A DNA stretch of 64,000 nt, taken from Squalus acanthias. Lineage: Eukaryota. Position 1 is the first letter of the stretch, and every line of letters begins with the position of its first letter. The stretch is taken from the NCBI GenBank assembly GCA_030390025.1, contig CM059432.1:101558001-101622000 (forward strand), in the 5' to 3' direction. Shown piece after piece: positions 12,865 to 24,931 of this stretch. The position numbers and the translations under genes are program-made. The notes under the pieces are model-generated. The model had not been told where the DNA came from. It saw nothing but the letters and a program-made list of their open reading frames with translations, and made no database searches.

Positions 12865-14250
12865 CACTCTGGAATGGTTCCCGTACACTGGAATGAGGCT
12901 AATGTAGTCCCCATCTTTAAAAAAGGTGATAATATGGACCCGGGTAATTATAGGCCCATTAGTTTGACATTAGTAATAGGTAAGATGCTTGAGGGAATCA
13001 TTAGGGATGCAATATATGAATGCTTGGAGAGAGAGGGGCATATTGGGGACAAACATCATAAAAAGGAGATGTCTTACAAATCTAATTGTATTTTTTGAAG
13101 AAATTGGTGCATGAGGGAAGCCCAGTAGACTTCCTAAAAGCTTTCGATAAGATACTGCACAAGAAGTTTTTCTATAAGATCGAAGCCTCTGATATCAGTG
13201 GTAATATATTGAGCTAGATTGAGAACTGGCTAGCAGGACGCAGACAAAATGAAGTAGTTAATGATGGATTTGGATCTGTTTGGAGACCAGTCACCAGTGG
13301 TGTCCCGCAGGGATCGGTGTTGGGACCGGTACTCTTTACTACTTTTATTAATGACCTGGATGTGGGTGTTGGGGGTACGATCTGAAAATTTGCAGATGAT
13401 ACTAAGGTCTGTGCAAGTGTTAGGACTGTAGATCAAGGTCATCTGCTTCAGGTGGATCTTAATGTATTGGACATTGGGCTCATGACTGGCAAATGATGTA
13501 TAACTTGGATAAGTGCAGTATTCTGCATGTGGGCAGGGCAACTGCTCAACATTCATACACCCCTCAGGGAAAAGCATTAAAGAAGGTGGAGATAGAAAGA
13601 GATTTGGGCATTCTAGTGCATACATCTCTAAATGTACATGAGCAATGCTGTAGCGATAGCTACAGCAAATAGGGTGTTGGGGTGTATCCATAGGACAATT
13701 GAGTACAAGACAAGGAATACTATTTTGTCCTTGTACAAGACCTTAGTCAGGCCGGACTTGGAATACTGTGCCCAGTTTTGGTCTCCTCACATGGTGGGTG
13801 ATATTGAGGCTTTAGAAAGGGTGCAGAGGAGGGCCACTAGACTAATTCCCAGTCTAAAGCATCTTAAGTTGTATAAGGCCAGATCTAGGTTAGATGTCAG
13901 GAGGTGGTTCTTTTCCCAGAGAATAGTGGACCAGTGGAACAGGCTGCTGGCTCATGCGGTGGATGCTGGATCACTGAATTCCTTCAAGCAAGAGCTGGAC
14001 CTCTTTCTGGCTGGGGTGGAGATCACCTCTTAGTTTCGATCATCTAGTTGGGTCAAAGAGGAATTTCCCAGATATTTTTTTCCCCAATTGTCCTGGGTTT
14101 TTTATCTGTTTTTTTTGCCTCTCCCAGGAGATCGCATTTTTGGGTGGGGTGGAGCGTATATATTATGATACACATGGTATTGCAATTATGTAGAACAGGC
14201 TCAATGGACCAGAGGGTCTTTACCTGTCCGTCATTGTTTGTATATTCGTA
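12865..14250 (+). mobile_element. CR1 LINE fragment (distinct subfamily)
   Basis: [32 protein letters not shown] sequence near 13300; LYKTLVRPDLEYCAQFWSPH...ALERVQRRATRLIP. Confidence 0.9.
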
Positions 14251-16519
14251 TTTGAAATGTATTTTTCTAACTCCATTTCCAATGATAAATCCTTCCTGTT
14301 TGCCATTCAACAAACTTTCAAACATTGCTTTAATGTACAGCCTGGTAAACTGCATTTACAGAATAATTCACTCTCTTCACATTCTCCCTCTATCCAAAAT
14401 ATACCAGAAATAGGAATGATGCAGCCGGGAAATGTTTTGGGAATGCGCTTGCTTTGAAGCAGTTGCAGTTAGGGTTTTAGGGTTTTGTATAGTGCAATGC
14501 AGCAATTGAAGACGTTTGAAAAACATCAGAAAATTGTTAGTGATGCTTGAATGGGTGCTGGTTAGGTAATAATAACTGGTAATACCATAGGCCTCACAGC
14601 CCCACCAGTCTTCCTCTGAATCAAGCAACATGCAAATTAATTTGGGAAATGTTTCTTTAAAAAAACGTACAAATAGTAGATTAAATATGAAATATAAAAC
14701 AAAACTTTTCCACCCGTATGTATCTGGGTCGAATGTATAAATAATACATTAAATAACAAGGCATTTGGCAATTCCTTATCTCTTTGAGCTAAAATCGATG
14801 ACAATGTAAAATTCATTATTAATATGCAACATTTAAGAAACCAGCAACACGATGAGCTCAGAGGACTTTGTTTATAGAATAAGATTGGGGGGGTGGGAGA
14901 AGAGGTTTGGCAGTTAGTCAAGATTAACTAAAGTTTTTCTTCTTGTCAAGAAGATAACTGCCTGACACAAAAGTGATGTAGCCAGCCTAGATATCGGTCA
15001 AGAACACGGTAATTATGTGTTTTAATTCTTCTTCATATAATTAATGCAGATATTAAAAATACATTAATCTTACTGTAGTGGCTCATTAGAAATCAGTAGG
15101 CTTGTAAATATAAATTAGATTGTTTTAAACATACTCAGTTAGAAAAAAAATTGCAAAACCATTGCAATTTCAACATGCGTCAAACACTTAAGGCACAAGG
15201 CACGCTGTGTAGAATTTTAAATTGCAGTGCGATGCCCATGTGTCTTGAAACATTATATGAAGCTCAGAATAAATTGGAGCATCGTCCTGAAATCCCATCG
15301 TAAATGCAGTTCTTCCTAGATATCTCTTGGCAATAACAATATAATGCGCCAAATTGGATTGGTTGCATTCACAACAGAAAAATATATAGACCTTGAAATT
15401 TTCTGCCCATGGTGTATATAAAGAAAGAGTCAACATCACTTTCAGTCAAGCAGAAACTAAAGGTAACAGTGAAATTTTGTAAAACGAGAAAACCATTGCA
15501 AAGAAACCTGTGTGTTTCTGGACATCCATTTTTCAAAACGATGTGGAATGGCACAAGAATGAGTCTTTAGTCTAAGTTGCTCCATTCTGGAACTCCCAAG
15601 ATTTCATTGGGAAAGTTAGATAGTCATAATGACCTTGCATAACAGCATACAGTCACAGAAGAATTAGAAGTCCAACAGAAGTAACCAAATACAAATTGCA
15701 GCATAGATTTTGAGCAATTTAAGTGCTATTACAGGTGCTGGCTTAATTTGATAATGTGATAATCATTTAAACTATTCCAGAGTGTTTCATGAGGCAACCA
15801 TCACCAGTCTAAAATCATTTATAAATCTCCTAAAGATGAGACACTAAAAATGAAAAAGCTAGCAAATGCAATCCCAGCAAAGGGGAACTGGAGGCCCCAA
15901 TCAGCTGGAGCACTAAAGAACCAAACTGAATTGATGCAATTGGTAAGCTTAGCCAATCCTTGGCCCAGAATATGGGAAGATAAATTCCCCTAAAAGTTCC
16001 ACTGCTGGCTGATCAGAAAGCAGCATCGACACCAGATATGAAGAAAATTACAACCAAAATGTCCCAGCTAACGGAGAAGGAAGGATGACACTGGACATAC
16101 AGGAGACCGTAAATATCAATTAAAAATTAAATTCAAAAAACAGAATCTACTGCCAGTCGATTGATTCAGAATCTCTATACTGCCTATTAATGGAATAGAA
16201 GTTATGCTTGGGAAGGCAATGATAAAAATGAGTCAACTTAAGGCAGTATATAACAAACTTTGAAAAATACAGCCAAATGTGGTAAGGATGCACAATAGAA
16301 AGAGCAGCTGCATCTCAACAAGCTGGTCATGGCTTTTGTCCCAATAGGGTAAATAATTAACATTGACAAGAATCAAGAAGAAGCAATGATCATCATGTGC
16401 TTGCATGGTCACCATAAGCATTCGCCAAGGTCCAACCATTGCCTTCCAGCCACATCATCTGTAAACTTGAGGTCCGTTCCTTTTTACATGCCCAACCTTA
16501 CCTCCCTGCCATCACCTTT

Positions 16520-17007
16520 GATTCCATGGTTACTGCCAAGCTTTCCAACTACTTGTGTGACATTAAGTTCCGGATAAGCCACACATTTCTTCAACTCAAT
16601 ATTGCAGGAATGGCTCCTCATCCCCCAATGCCTGCAATTTAAAATTCTTATCCTCGTGTTCAAATATCTCATAGCCTCATCCCTCCTATCTCTGTAACTG
16701 CCTACAAATGTCCGAAAACTCTGCATTTTTCCAAATCTGGTCTCTTGTGCATCCCCCACTCCCTTTGCCCCACCATTAGCAGCTATGCTATCTAGGCCCT
16801 AAGCTCTGGAATTCCCTTCCTGAACCTCTCCATCTTACTCTCCTCCTTTAAGACACACCTTAAAACCTACTTTTTTGAGCACGCTTTTAGCTACCCCTCT
16901 TAATTTTTCTCTTTAGCTCGGTATCAATTTTTGTCTGCATCCACTTATATGAAGTGTCTTGGGACATTATTTTACATTAAAACTGATGTATAAATTAAAG
17001 TTGTTGT
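16520..17007 (+). mobile_element. L2 LINE 3' fragment
   Basis: Homologous to 9100-9432 (CTAGGCCCTAAGCTCTGGAATTCC, CTTAAAACCTAC, GTTGTTG tail). Confidence 0.8.
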
Positions 17008-17136
17008 CAGGCAGTAGAATATTTTTGACCTAAAGATGAATACTGACAAACATACAATCCAAACACTCAATGTGATATTTTTAATAATTTTTTTTGGTTC
17101 AATTCTATGACAGTTTAAAATACTACAAAAAATGAT

Positions 17137-17286
17137 GGGGGGAAAATTCGATAGTGACCATCGCCTGTGCAGTGGAGCGGGGCGCTGAATTTAGCGGGAG
17201 TCATTAGCGGCGCCGTGCCCGGGCGAAAAGTCGTTTGCACCCCATTAGCGCTAACAGGAGGCACAAATGCACCAAATTTCTAGCCC
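17137..17286. mobile_element. 150-bp Harbinger-family MITE
   Basis: Termini GGGGGGAAAATT / AATTTCTAGCCC; 3' half resembles the right end of 17307-21393 (CCCCATTAGC...GGAGGCACAAA). Confidence 0.6.
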
Positions 17287-17667
17287 ATTATAGATTTAAA
17301 TACACAGGGGGAGAAATTCGGTATCGCCCCGTCTGGGGCGCAATTATCGGCCGGGCGCAAAGTTCAGCGCCTGACGCTAATTATTGCCTCCGACTGCAAA
17401 CTTGGCTTTTATCGCCCCTGGAGGTGATTGGAGCGCTAAATCAGGTGCTGCACACCTGTCTTAGGGCGCAAAGGCTGAGGAGCGAGACGCTAACTCAGAG
17501 CACGGGCGCAGCGCAGGTGATGTCAGTTAGCGATGGAACACAGACACACTGGCGCCGGCCAGTTCTTAAAGGGGAGGGTCGATCTTGCTCTCCAGCCAAA
17601 CCCTACTCATTGCAGCCTTGAATCTCGGCCTGGAGAGACCTGTGACTACATTTTCCAGCCAAGGACT

Positions 17668-19362
17668 ATGGAGAGGGTGAGAGAATGAGCTCAGTGCTTC
17701 AGCGAGCAGGCCTTGGAGGCTCTGGTTGGCGAGCAGAAGATCTATACTCTACCCTGAGAGTGGCAGGAGGCCTTTGCCGGCCGACTACAGAAGAGTGTGG
17801 AGGGAGGTGGCTCAGCACGTCTCCTCCAGGAGCATGGTGCCCAGGACCCATACTCAATGTCGCAAAAAGTTCAACGACCTCACTCGGGTCGTCAGGGTGA
17901 GTGGCTTTTTTTCAATACATCTCCATCCCTCCATTTCAACCTCACTCTATGGCCAGAGGGTCTTAAAACTCCAATGCCCAACACTCATCCAACACCTATG
18001 GCCCTCTCATGAAACACACATGCACATTCCACACCTTGCATACAGTAAGGGCTATTCAACTATGGGAGCGGGGCTATTCAATTATGGGAGGCACATCAGG
18101 CAAGACCATGGCTGTATATTTACTCAGATGCCGTCCTTTTTCTTGCAGGCCAAGCTATCTCATAACAGGAGACAGCAGCAACGGACGGGTGGAGGGCGGC
18201 CTCAGCTGCAACCCCTCAGCAATCTTGAGGAGCGCGTCCACAGGATTGTGGCAAGCCAGGTGATCGGTCCCGTCGCCCCTGGAGAGGCCGACCCCGTTCG
18301 GGACAGCAATGGTAAGGTCATCAGCTTTCTCTCCTCTCTCATTCCACTTGTCCCTCACAACACTAGCCTTTGACACTTTCAATCCAACTTAATAAATCGC
18401 ACCACTCCTTCCTCCCTTACTGCCCCCCTGTCCTCACGCTAAAGCCACTCTTGTACCTCCCTGCTTTCAGATGGTGATTCACCAGCTGAGGAGGTGGGCC
18501 CTCAAGCTGCCAGTGGGAGCGAAGCCGCAGGCGAGGAGGAAGAGGAAGCAGGAGCATCAGTGCCACCCTCTCCTGAGGAAGTCCATGGCCACACTGGGAA
18601 CACGTCTTCCCTGGAGGGGAGCAAGGGGGGAAGGGTCTGATGAGGGTGAAGCTCCGGGACCCAGCGGGCTGCAGCAACGCAATGTGGCTAGGGAAGCTAC
18701 GGAGGGAGAGTAGGCCAGCGAGTCCTGCTGCACTGGACGCAGAGGAGGAGCGGCTCATTGCTGAAATGAACACCCAGGCGGTGGACATGCACACTCAGTT
18801 CATGGGTGCAGTGGGAAGGGTGCCCGAGTGCACTGATGCACTGGCAAGGAGTGTGGAGCACTACACTGTAGCACAGGCGGCTGCCACGCAAATGCTTAGT
18901 GCTGCAATTCAGTCACTGGCTGCCGTGATCCGATCTCAGACTGGTCTCATGCATTCTCAGATTGAGGCCACGCAAGCACTGACTGCTGCCATCGTCGCTG
19001 GTTCGGACACATTTCCCCGGGGCTCTCACCGCGCCGCAGCAGGCCAGCAATCTGTGCCCCAGCAGATTGCTCCGGATGCTGAAGTGCTGCCCCGTGGGAG
19101 TGCCAGTGTGTCAGTCAAGCAGGGAGTTGCTGTCCTCTCTGAAGATGACAGCATTCCTGCTGCCACCACTGTCACTTCCCCATTGCACTTGCCACCGCCT
19201 GTAGCCCAGATTGCTGCCGCCCATGCAGAGTTGGTGCAGTCTGCAGCCGGGCCCTCCAGGCCCAGAGCTGGTCAAGGCCGTCCTTCAAGAGCATCTGCAG
19301 TCTCAGGTTCTGATAATCAGCCTTGCTGCAGCCACTGGGGCCCCATTTCGGAGGAGCAGTAG
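17668..19362 (+). pseudogene. Harbinger Myb/SANT-like DNA-binding protein gene, 3 exons, disrupted
   Basis: MERVRE*AQCFSEQALEALV...RRVWREVAQHVSSRSMVPRTHTQCRKKFNDL; introns 17897-18148 (GTGAGT..TTGCAG) and 18312-18470 (GTAAGG..TTTCAG); early TGA and frameshifts; acidic linker and Ala/Gln-rich helical C-terminus. Confidence 0.85.
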
Positions 19363-19742
19363 GGTGGGAAGAGGGGAAGTGCGCAAGGAGATCACCCTCG
19401 AAGGGCAAAATGTAGGAGGTGTGACAAAATGTTGGGAATGTTTTTATTAAAGGCCGGGTTCGTGTTCAAACTTTTGTTTCGTGTTTTGGCCATTATCTCC
19501 AGGTTGTGAGAACCAGTTATGTTAATTCATGATTTTTTGTGTGTTTTTCTATTAGTTTGTCATGAAGAAATGACACACACAGAGTTTGTAAAATAAAAAA
19601 GTTTATGTATTCAAAATGTACATGTTTGGCCTTTGGAATCATTGCTGCCTTGGCCGGCTTTGGGGTTGCGGGTTGGTTTCATTCATGTTGTTCTCCATGC
19701 CAGAAGCCATTTCCTGAGTAGGGGCCTAGAAGCGGCTTGTTA

Positions 19743-20822
19743 TCAGTCGTTGACGGACGGCCCTTGCAGTTTCAATATTGTGGGCCTCCCTCCCGCCTTG
19801 GTGCTGCTGATGATCATCCTCTCCTCTTCCTCCTCCTCTTCCTCCTCCTCCTCCTCTTCCTCCGGTGGTGCTCCAAGGCCTGATGGCATTGGCTGGGTCC
19901 TGAGGATTGCCAGGTTATGAAGAATGTAGCACACAACTATGAAGAGGGAGACTCGCTCAGGCGAGTACTGCAGGGCTCCTCCTGAGTGGTCCAGACAGCA
20001 GAACCGTTGCTTGAGCACACCGATCGTCTGCTCAATGATGTTCCTGGTGGCGAGATGGCTCTCATTGTACCGCAGCTCAGCAGGGGTGTTGGGGTTACGG
20101 AGCGGTGTCATCAGCCAGGTGCAGAGTGGATAACCCTTGTCCCCGAGGAGCCAACCACTTGGCTGATGTGGTGCCTGGAAAAGCTCTGGCACACCAGTCT
20201 GGCGCAGGATGAAAGCATCGTGGCTGCTGCCAGGATAACGGGCATTGACAGCAAGTATCAGCTGTCTGTGGTCACAGACCGACTGGACGTTTAAGGAGTG
20301 GAACCCCTTGCGGTTTTGGAAAACCTCCACATTCTCATGCGGTGCCTGCAATGTCACATGCGTGCAGTCAATGGCACCCTGCACCATGGGGAAGCCCGCT
20401 ATCCTCGCAAAGCCCAATGCGCGTTCATGCTGTTTGGCCCGGGTCATCGGGAAAGAAATGTACTGGCGTCTCCTTTTACAGAGGGTATTTGTGACCTGAC
20501 GGATACAGCAATGGACCGCGAACTGGGAGATATTGGCGATGTCCCCAGTAGCTGCTTGAAAGGAGCCGGTGGCATAAAGGTTCAGAGCCACTGTGACCTT
20601 CACTGCCACCGACAGAGACGTCCTGGTCCTCAGTTGAGGCTGCAGATCTGGCTGCAGCAGGTGGCAGAGCTCAGTGACCACCTCCTTGCTGAAGCGCAGC
20701 CTGCGCAAACACTGTTCCTCAGACAAATGAATGTAGGAGAATTGCTCCCGGAATACCCTGGGAAGGTAAGGTCTCCTGTGCAGAGGCCTGTTGGCCCTCC
20801 TCCGTCTGGCCATGATTGCCAC
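19743..20822 (-). CDS. PIF/Harbinger transposase (HARBI1-like DDE nuclease family), core intact
   Basis: 359-codon ORF with GAIDCTHV, NRKGFHSLNVQ, YPGSSHDAFIL, LLGDKGYPL, IIEQTIGVLKQRF, CYILHN; first ATG at 20813; poly-Glu tail. Lies inside TIRs, so it is a transposon gene and not host HARBI1. Confidence 0.92.
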   Translation of the reverse strand: MAIMARRRRANRPLHRRPYLPRVFREQFSYIHLSEEQCLRRLRFSKEVVTELCHLLQPDLQPQLRTRTSLSVAVKVTVALNLYATGSFQAATGDIANISQFAVHCCIRQVTNTLCKRRRQYISFPMTRAKQHERALGFARIAGFPMVQGAIDCTHVTLQAPHENVEVFQNRKGFHSLNVQSVCDHRQLILAVNARYPGSSHDAFILRQTGVPELFQAPHQPSGWLLGDKGYPLCTWLMTPLRNPNTPAELRYNESHLATRNIIEQTIGVLKQRFCCLDHSGGALQYSPERVSLFIVVCYILHNLAILRTQPMPSGLGAPPEEEEEEEEEEEEEERMIISSTKAGGRPTILKLQGPSVND

Positions 20823-21082
20823 TCTCTCTGCGTATCTGTTGCCTCCAATTCTGCAGGCGCAGGACGATGCCCCGAATCAGTGCAGCCCCCACAGTCTCTT
20901 GGCAATCGAAGTAATGAAGGTCAAATCCAAAAGTACCTGCAAAGTGATGCTCAGTAGCCAAAACTACTTCACACAGCATTGACTCTATGCAGAAGTCTCT
21001 CTATCTCTCTCTCAGAATCTCTCTCTCTTTCAGAATGAGTGGTGCAAAAATGTCTACCACAGAAAAAGCCAGGAAGAGGGTG

Positions 21083-21229
21083 CCTTTAAATAGTATCCCC
21101 CCAGCTCCTCACCGACTGGGAAACGTTCCAGTCTCCCTGTCGTTGCTTGCACCAGGTGGAAAGGAGGGGGGTGCTACTCAATATCCGGTCCGGGGCGCCA
21201 CCAGGGCGTTGCACGCTCAACTGACGTCA
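21083..21229 (-). promoter_or_regulatory. Putative transposase promoter (TATA-like box and CRE palindrome)
   Basis: Minus-strand TATTTAAAGG at about 21083-21092 and TGACGTCA at 21222-21229; both recur in the derivative at 46427-47319. Confidence 0.4.
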
Positions 21230-21668
21230 CAATCTGCGGGCGCAAGAGATCGGGGCGGTAAACTTTTGCACCGCCGCAAAAACTCTAGTTAATTTCGCGA
21301 GCGGCGCAAACATCGCCGCGCCCAGGCACTAGTTGCTTTGCGCCCCATTAGCACCCTCTAACGGGAGGCGCAAACGAACCGAATTTTTCCCTCACACTAT
21401 TTACCCTCTGATAATTCAATTTTCCTGTGCATGTTTATGAGGTACAAATTTGGTACCTAAATAAAATGCACGTGAACTGCTAATCTTGATCTGATCAGAA
21501 AATAAAACAGAAACAGAAAAATCTAAGAAGGATTTTTTAATATCTTAATAAGGTATTGCTTATTACTTCAGAATATTTCCATGACCCTTAAAAGGGGTTT
21601 ATAAATTTACATGAATTAACAGGTTTTTATACAATAACAAATGATCATTGATGTGACACAACTTAGTA

Positions 21669-22121
21669 TCAGCTGTGGCTAAGTAGGTAGCAGCCTTGCC
21701 TCAGAGTCAGAAGGTTGTGGGTTCTAGTTCCAGTCCAGATACTTGGGCACAAAATCTAGGCTGACACTCCAGTGCAGTACTATGGGAGAACTGCACTGTT
21801 GGAGGTGCCATCTTTTGGATGAGACGTTAAACCTCTCTGTTGGACATAAAAATCCCATGGCACTATTTCAAAGGAGAACAGGAGAGTTATACCTGGTGTT
21901 CTGGCCAATATTTATCCCTGAATCAACATCACTAAAACAGATTATCTGGTCATTATCACATTGCTGTTTGTGGGAGCTTGCTGAGTGCAAATTGGCTGCC
22001 GCGTTTCCTACATTACAACAGTGACTACACTTCAAAAAGTACTTCATAGGCTGTAAAACGCTTTGGGACATCCTGAGGTCATGAAAGACGCTATATAAAT
22101 GCAAGTCTGTCTTTTTTCTTT
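21669..22121 (+). mobile_element. tRNA-headed Deu-domain SINE
   Basis: Full-length homolog of 11457-11911 with A/B-box head (GGTTCTAGTTCC) and tail AAAGACGCTATATAAATGCAAGTC. Confidence 0.85.
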
Positions 22122-24186
22122 TATAACCTGTACTTTTTGAAAGTAACTGCATTACTAAATATTCCAGTCATTGAGGACATAATCTACACTAACTTAAATT
22201 GACTAACGTAATAGTCCAACCATTAGATTTCTTAATGGATCATTGCTTTAATGAAGAAAAGTTAGCAAATTTGTTTGTTTGACAAGACAGAAGAACCAGG
22301 AGTCATGAAATCATATAATTTACACCTTCACATTTAGCCCCGATTTTATCTGGGAGTAGGAATAATGTGGGTGGAGGGTGAGGTGAGTGCCAAATGTGCC
22401 CCCACAGCCCGATCTTTGCAACATGAGGCCTGGGTGATTTTAACTCCTAGTCCTAATCTGCATGCCGCCGGTCAGCTACTTGTTCGAAATAGACAGAAAA
22501 TGTCAGCTGACTGGTGGGCAGGAACAGAATTTCGGGTATCAGGATGACATCATCAGACCCTGATCCGCATACTTAAAGTAGAATCCGTTCGGCTTCAGGC
22601 GGGTGTCATTGCCACCTGCTCCCGGATTTTCATATAAAAAGATTCAATAGTTGACCAAATACTGGACGAATACATTTATATTTCAGAATTGATAATATTG
22701 ACATTTCTTAAAATCTTTGTTTTATTTACTAGAAAGTTAACCTTTATGTTTATCTAAATGAAGTAATTATCTAATTCTCTCCCCGCTTCCTGCTAAACAG
22801 AAAGTTTGAAAGCACTGTCTGCTATGCACCATGCTCAGACTCTCCTGATGTCATGAATTGAGTCATACAGGAGATTTAAATTCAGTAATTGTTGCTTTTC
22901 AGCCTCATGAAATAGTTTTTTGCACCAAAGTTCATTGTATAAAAAAAGTACTTTTTTGAGGTTTATTTCAAGAAACTAATAATTAATTGATACAAATGGT
23001 ATACATTTTTAAAAATATGTTTTATAATATTCAACCATTGAAATTACAATTATTTTAAGTTTTAAAAATTGAAAATGGCATTCAGTACTTCAAGGATTAA
23101 AAGCCATTCTTTTTAGTGTTCACCAGAAAGGATACTATTCAGAATTCATTTTATATTGCTCAAAGTGAGGCACGTTCAAAATAATAACCTAATTATCAAA
23201 ATGCATTAAAATAAATATTATTTCAGTTTATGCAAGTTAATAATAGAGTTTTTAGTCCTGGTTTTCTACATAGCTCATTCTAAACAGAATGGAAACAGAA
23301 AAAGCTCCTCGGTACAGAAACTGCCCCATTTTCCTTGAAGGAAAATTAGATGGTTTCTATAACGGTGGCTGATCAGCAATGCCAATTTTACACCTTGTCG
23401 GCAAGTTGAAAATCTGCACCAATATTCCTCCCTAAGCTAAATTATTGTTTGATTTTAAATGTCCAAATGTATTTAACAAATACTTTCTTTTTGATTATAG
23501 TAAAAGTAGGTTAAAAAGGAGAATGCCTTCTTTATCTTTAATAAACTTTTAGATATAATGTTATTCTAAGAAAATGCTGAATCCCTTCCAATATTTTCTA
23601 TAATTCATAAGCAGTAAAGTAAAATATCTATGATTCTGACACTTTTTCATTTTGCCAATTGTCGTATAATAGACTATATTCTCATCTCCCCAGTTTTGGC
23701 TTTGTCACTGAATGCCTGGAGCTCAATGCTGGAATAATTTACTACCTTAATAATGAGAGAATGGCCCAATAAAAGTAATTTTGTAACAAACTGTTGTATC
23801 CCATTCCAATAGTACAGTCTTGGTGAGATTTATCTTACTTTAAAGCATTTGGTCCTTTTTTTAAATATAAATTGAAGCAAATTAATTATTGATTGTTTCA
23901 CAAAACTGGAGCAACACATGAACAACGAGTATAAATGCAGCATCAGTAATATCTGCATTATTGCCTAAAAATTGAAAGCATGGGGCACAATATCTAAAAC
24001 AGACGTGTGCTGCTTTTAAAATACGCATACATTGTACAACAATGAGACACTTTTGTTGAAAAGAGACAAATTTAACAAACAGTTAATTAGACAGGATATT
24101 TCTTTTTGGTAGGAATGGGGAGAGGTTGTGAGCTTCCTAATCCTATATGGCTGATGCCCAGGGCTAATATAAAAATCAGCGATAAT

Positions 24187-24931
24187 GGCCCAAAAATTAG
24201 TAGCAGTACGCGAGAGTACGCACTGTGTACTCTCGCGTATTCTGTCTCCAATTGCCGGTTTCCAGCATGCACTGCGCATGCACTGAAAACCGGCACTTGG
24301 TGATTTCAAAAGGGGGCGGTTCCTAGGTGAACCGCGTGCGCGCTACAGGCTGCGCGCACACAGTGCACTTAGTGCTTTGAACGCGCAGGTAAGCATGGAA
24401 GATTTTGCACATAAAGAAAGGAGGCGTAAGACCCTCTTTTAACAAGGTAAGTAGTTAATTAAGTATTATTTTGAATTTTTTTCAACAGGTATATCTTTTT
24501 TAGAGACTTTAAAGAAAGGTAAGTTTATTTTTATAACTTTTAAAAAGATTTTAAATTTTTTCAAAAATTTAATTTTTTGTTTAAAGTGGTTAATTTATTT
24601 AACTATACTTATTTTATTAATGTGATGTTTTTAAAAAAAAAATTTAATTGAGGTTTAGCTGTTCTTTTGGGGGGGTATAGATTTATAGCTTTGACAGCAC
24701 TTGCTGTGAAAACTATGAATGAAAGATGGTGTGCTGCCATTGGCTCAAACTTAATCACGTGATCCCACAGCTCGCACGAATTAACTGCGTCTGTGGGATA
24801 CGCACACACTGCACAGCTGCAGTCTTGAAACTAAAGTTCGTGCGAGCTCGGAAGGAAAAGGCAGGCGCGCAGTGAGATATCGCGGGGAAGCCTTACCCCC
24901 GCAGGAAGGCTCCGTCTTTAATTTCTGGGCC
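24187..24931. mobile_element. 745-bp Harbinger-like MITE
   Basis: TIR GGCCCAAAAATT / AATTTCTGGGCC; exact 3-bp TSD AAT; CpG-rich arms around an AT-rich centre. Confidence 0.8.

Larger units (their letters stand above)
17307..21393. mobile_element. Full-length PIF/Harbinger DNA transposon (two convergent genes)
   Basis: TIR GGGGGAGAAATTCGGT / ACCGAATTTTTCCCTC (14/16 match); 3-bp TSD ACA (17304-17306, 21394-21396); encodes Myb/SANT protein (+) and DDE transposase (-). Confidence 0.95.

Noticed and set aside
19743..20822. Domesticated host gene HARBI1
   Set aside because: It is flanked by TIRs and a TSD, paired with a Myb gene, and has related copies in the window, so it is a transposon.
20298..20957. 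219-aa plus-strand ORF overlapping the transposase
   Set aside because: Antisense shadow of a GC-rich CDS with no recognisable motif.
22336..22640. Further Harbinger-like MITE remnants (also about 3574-3670, 27460-28320, 38090-38333)
   Set aside because: Only one plausible terminus each and no TSD, so boundaries cannot be supported.
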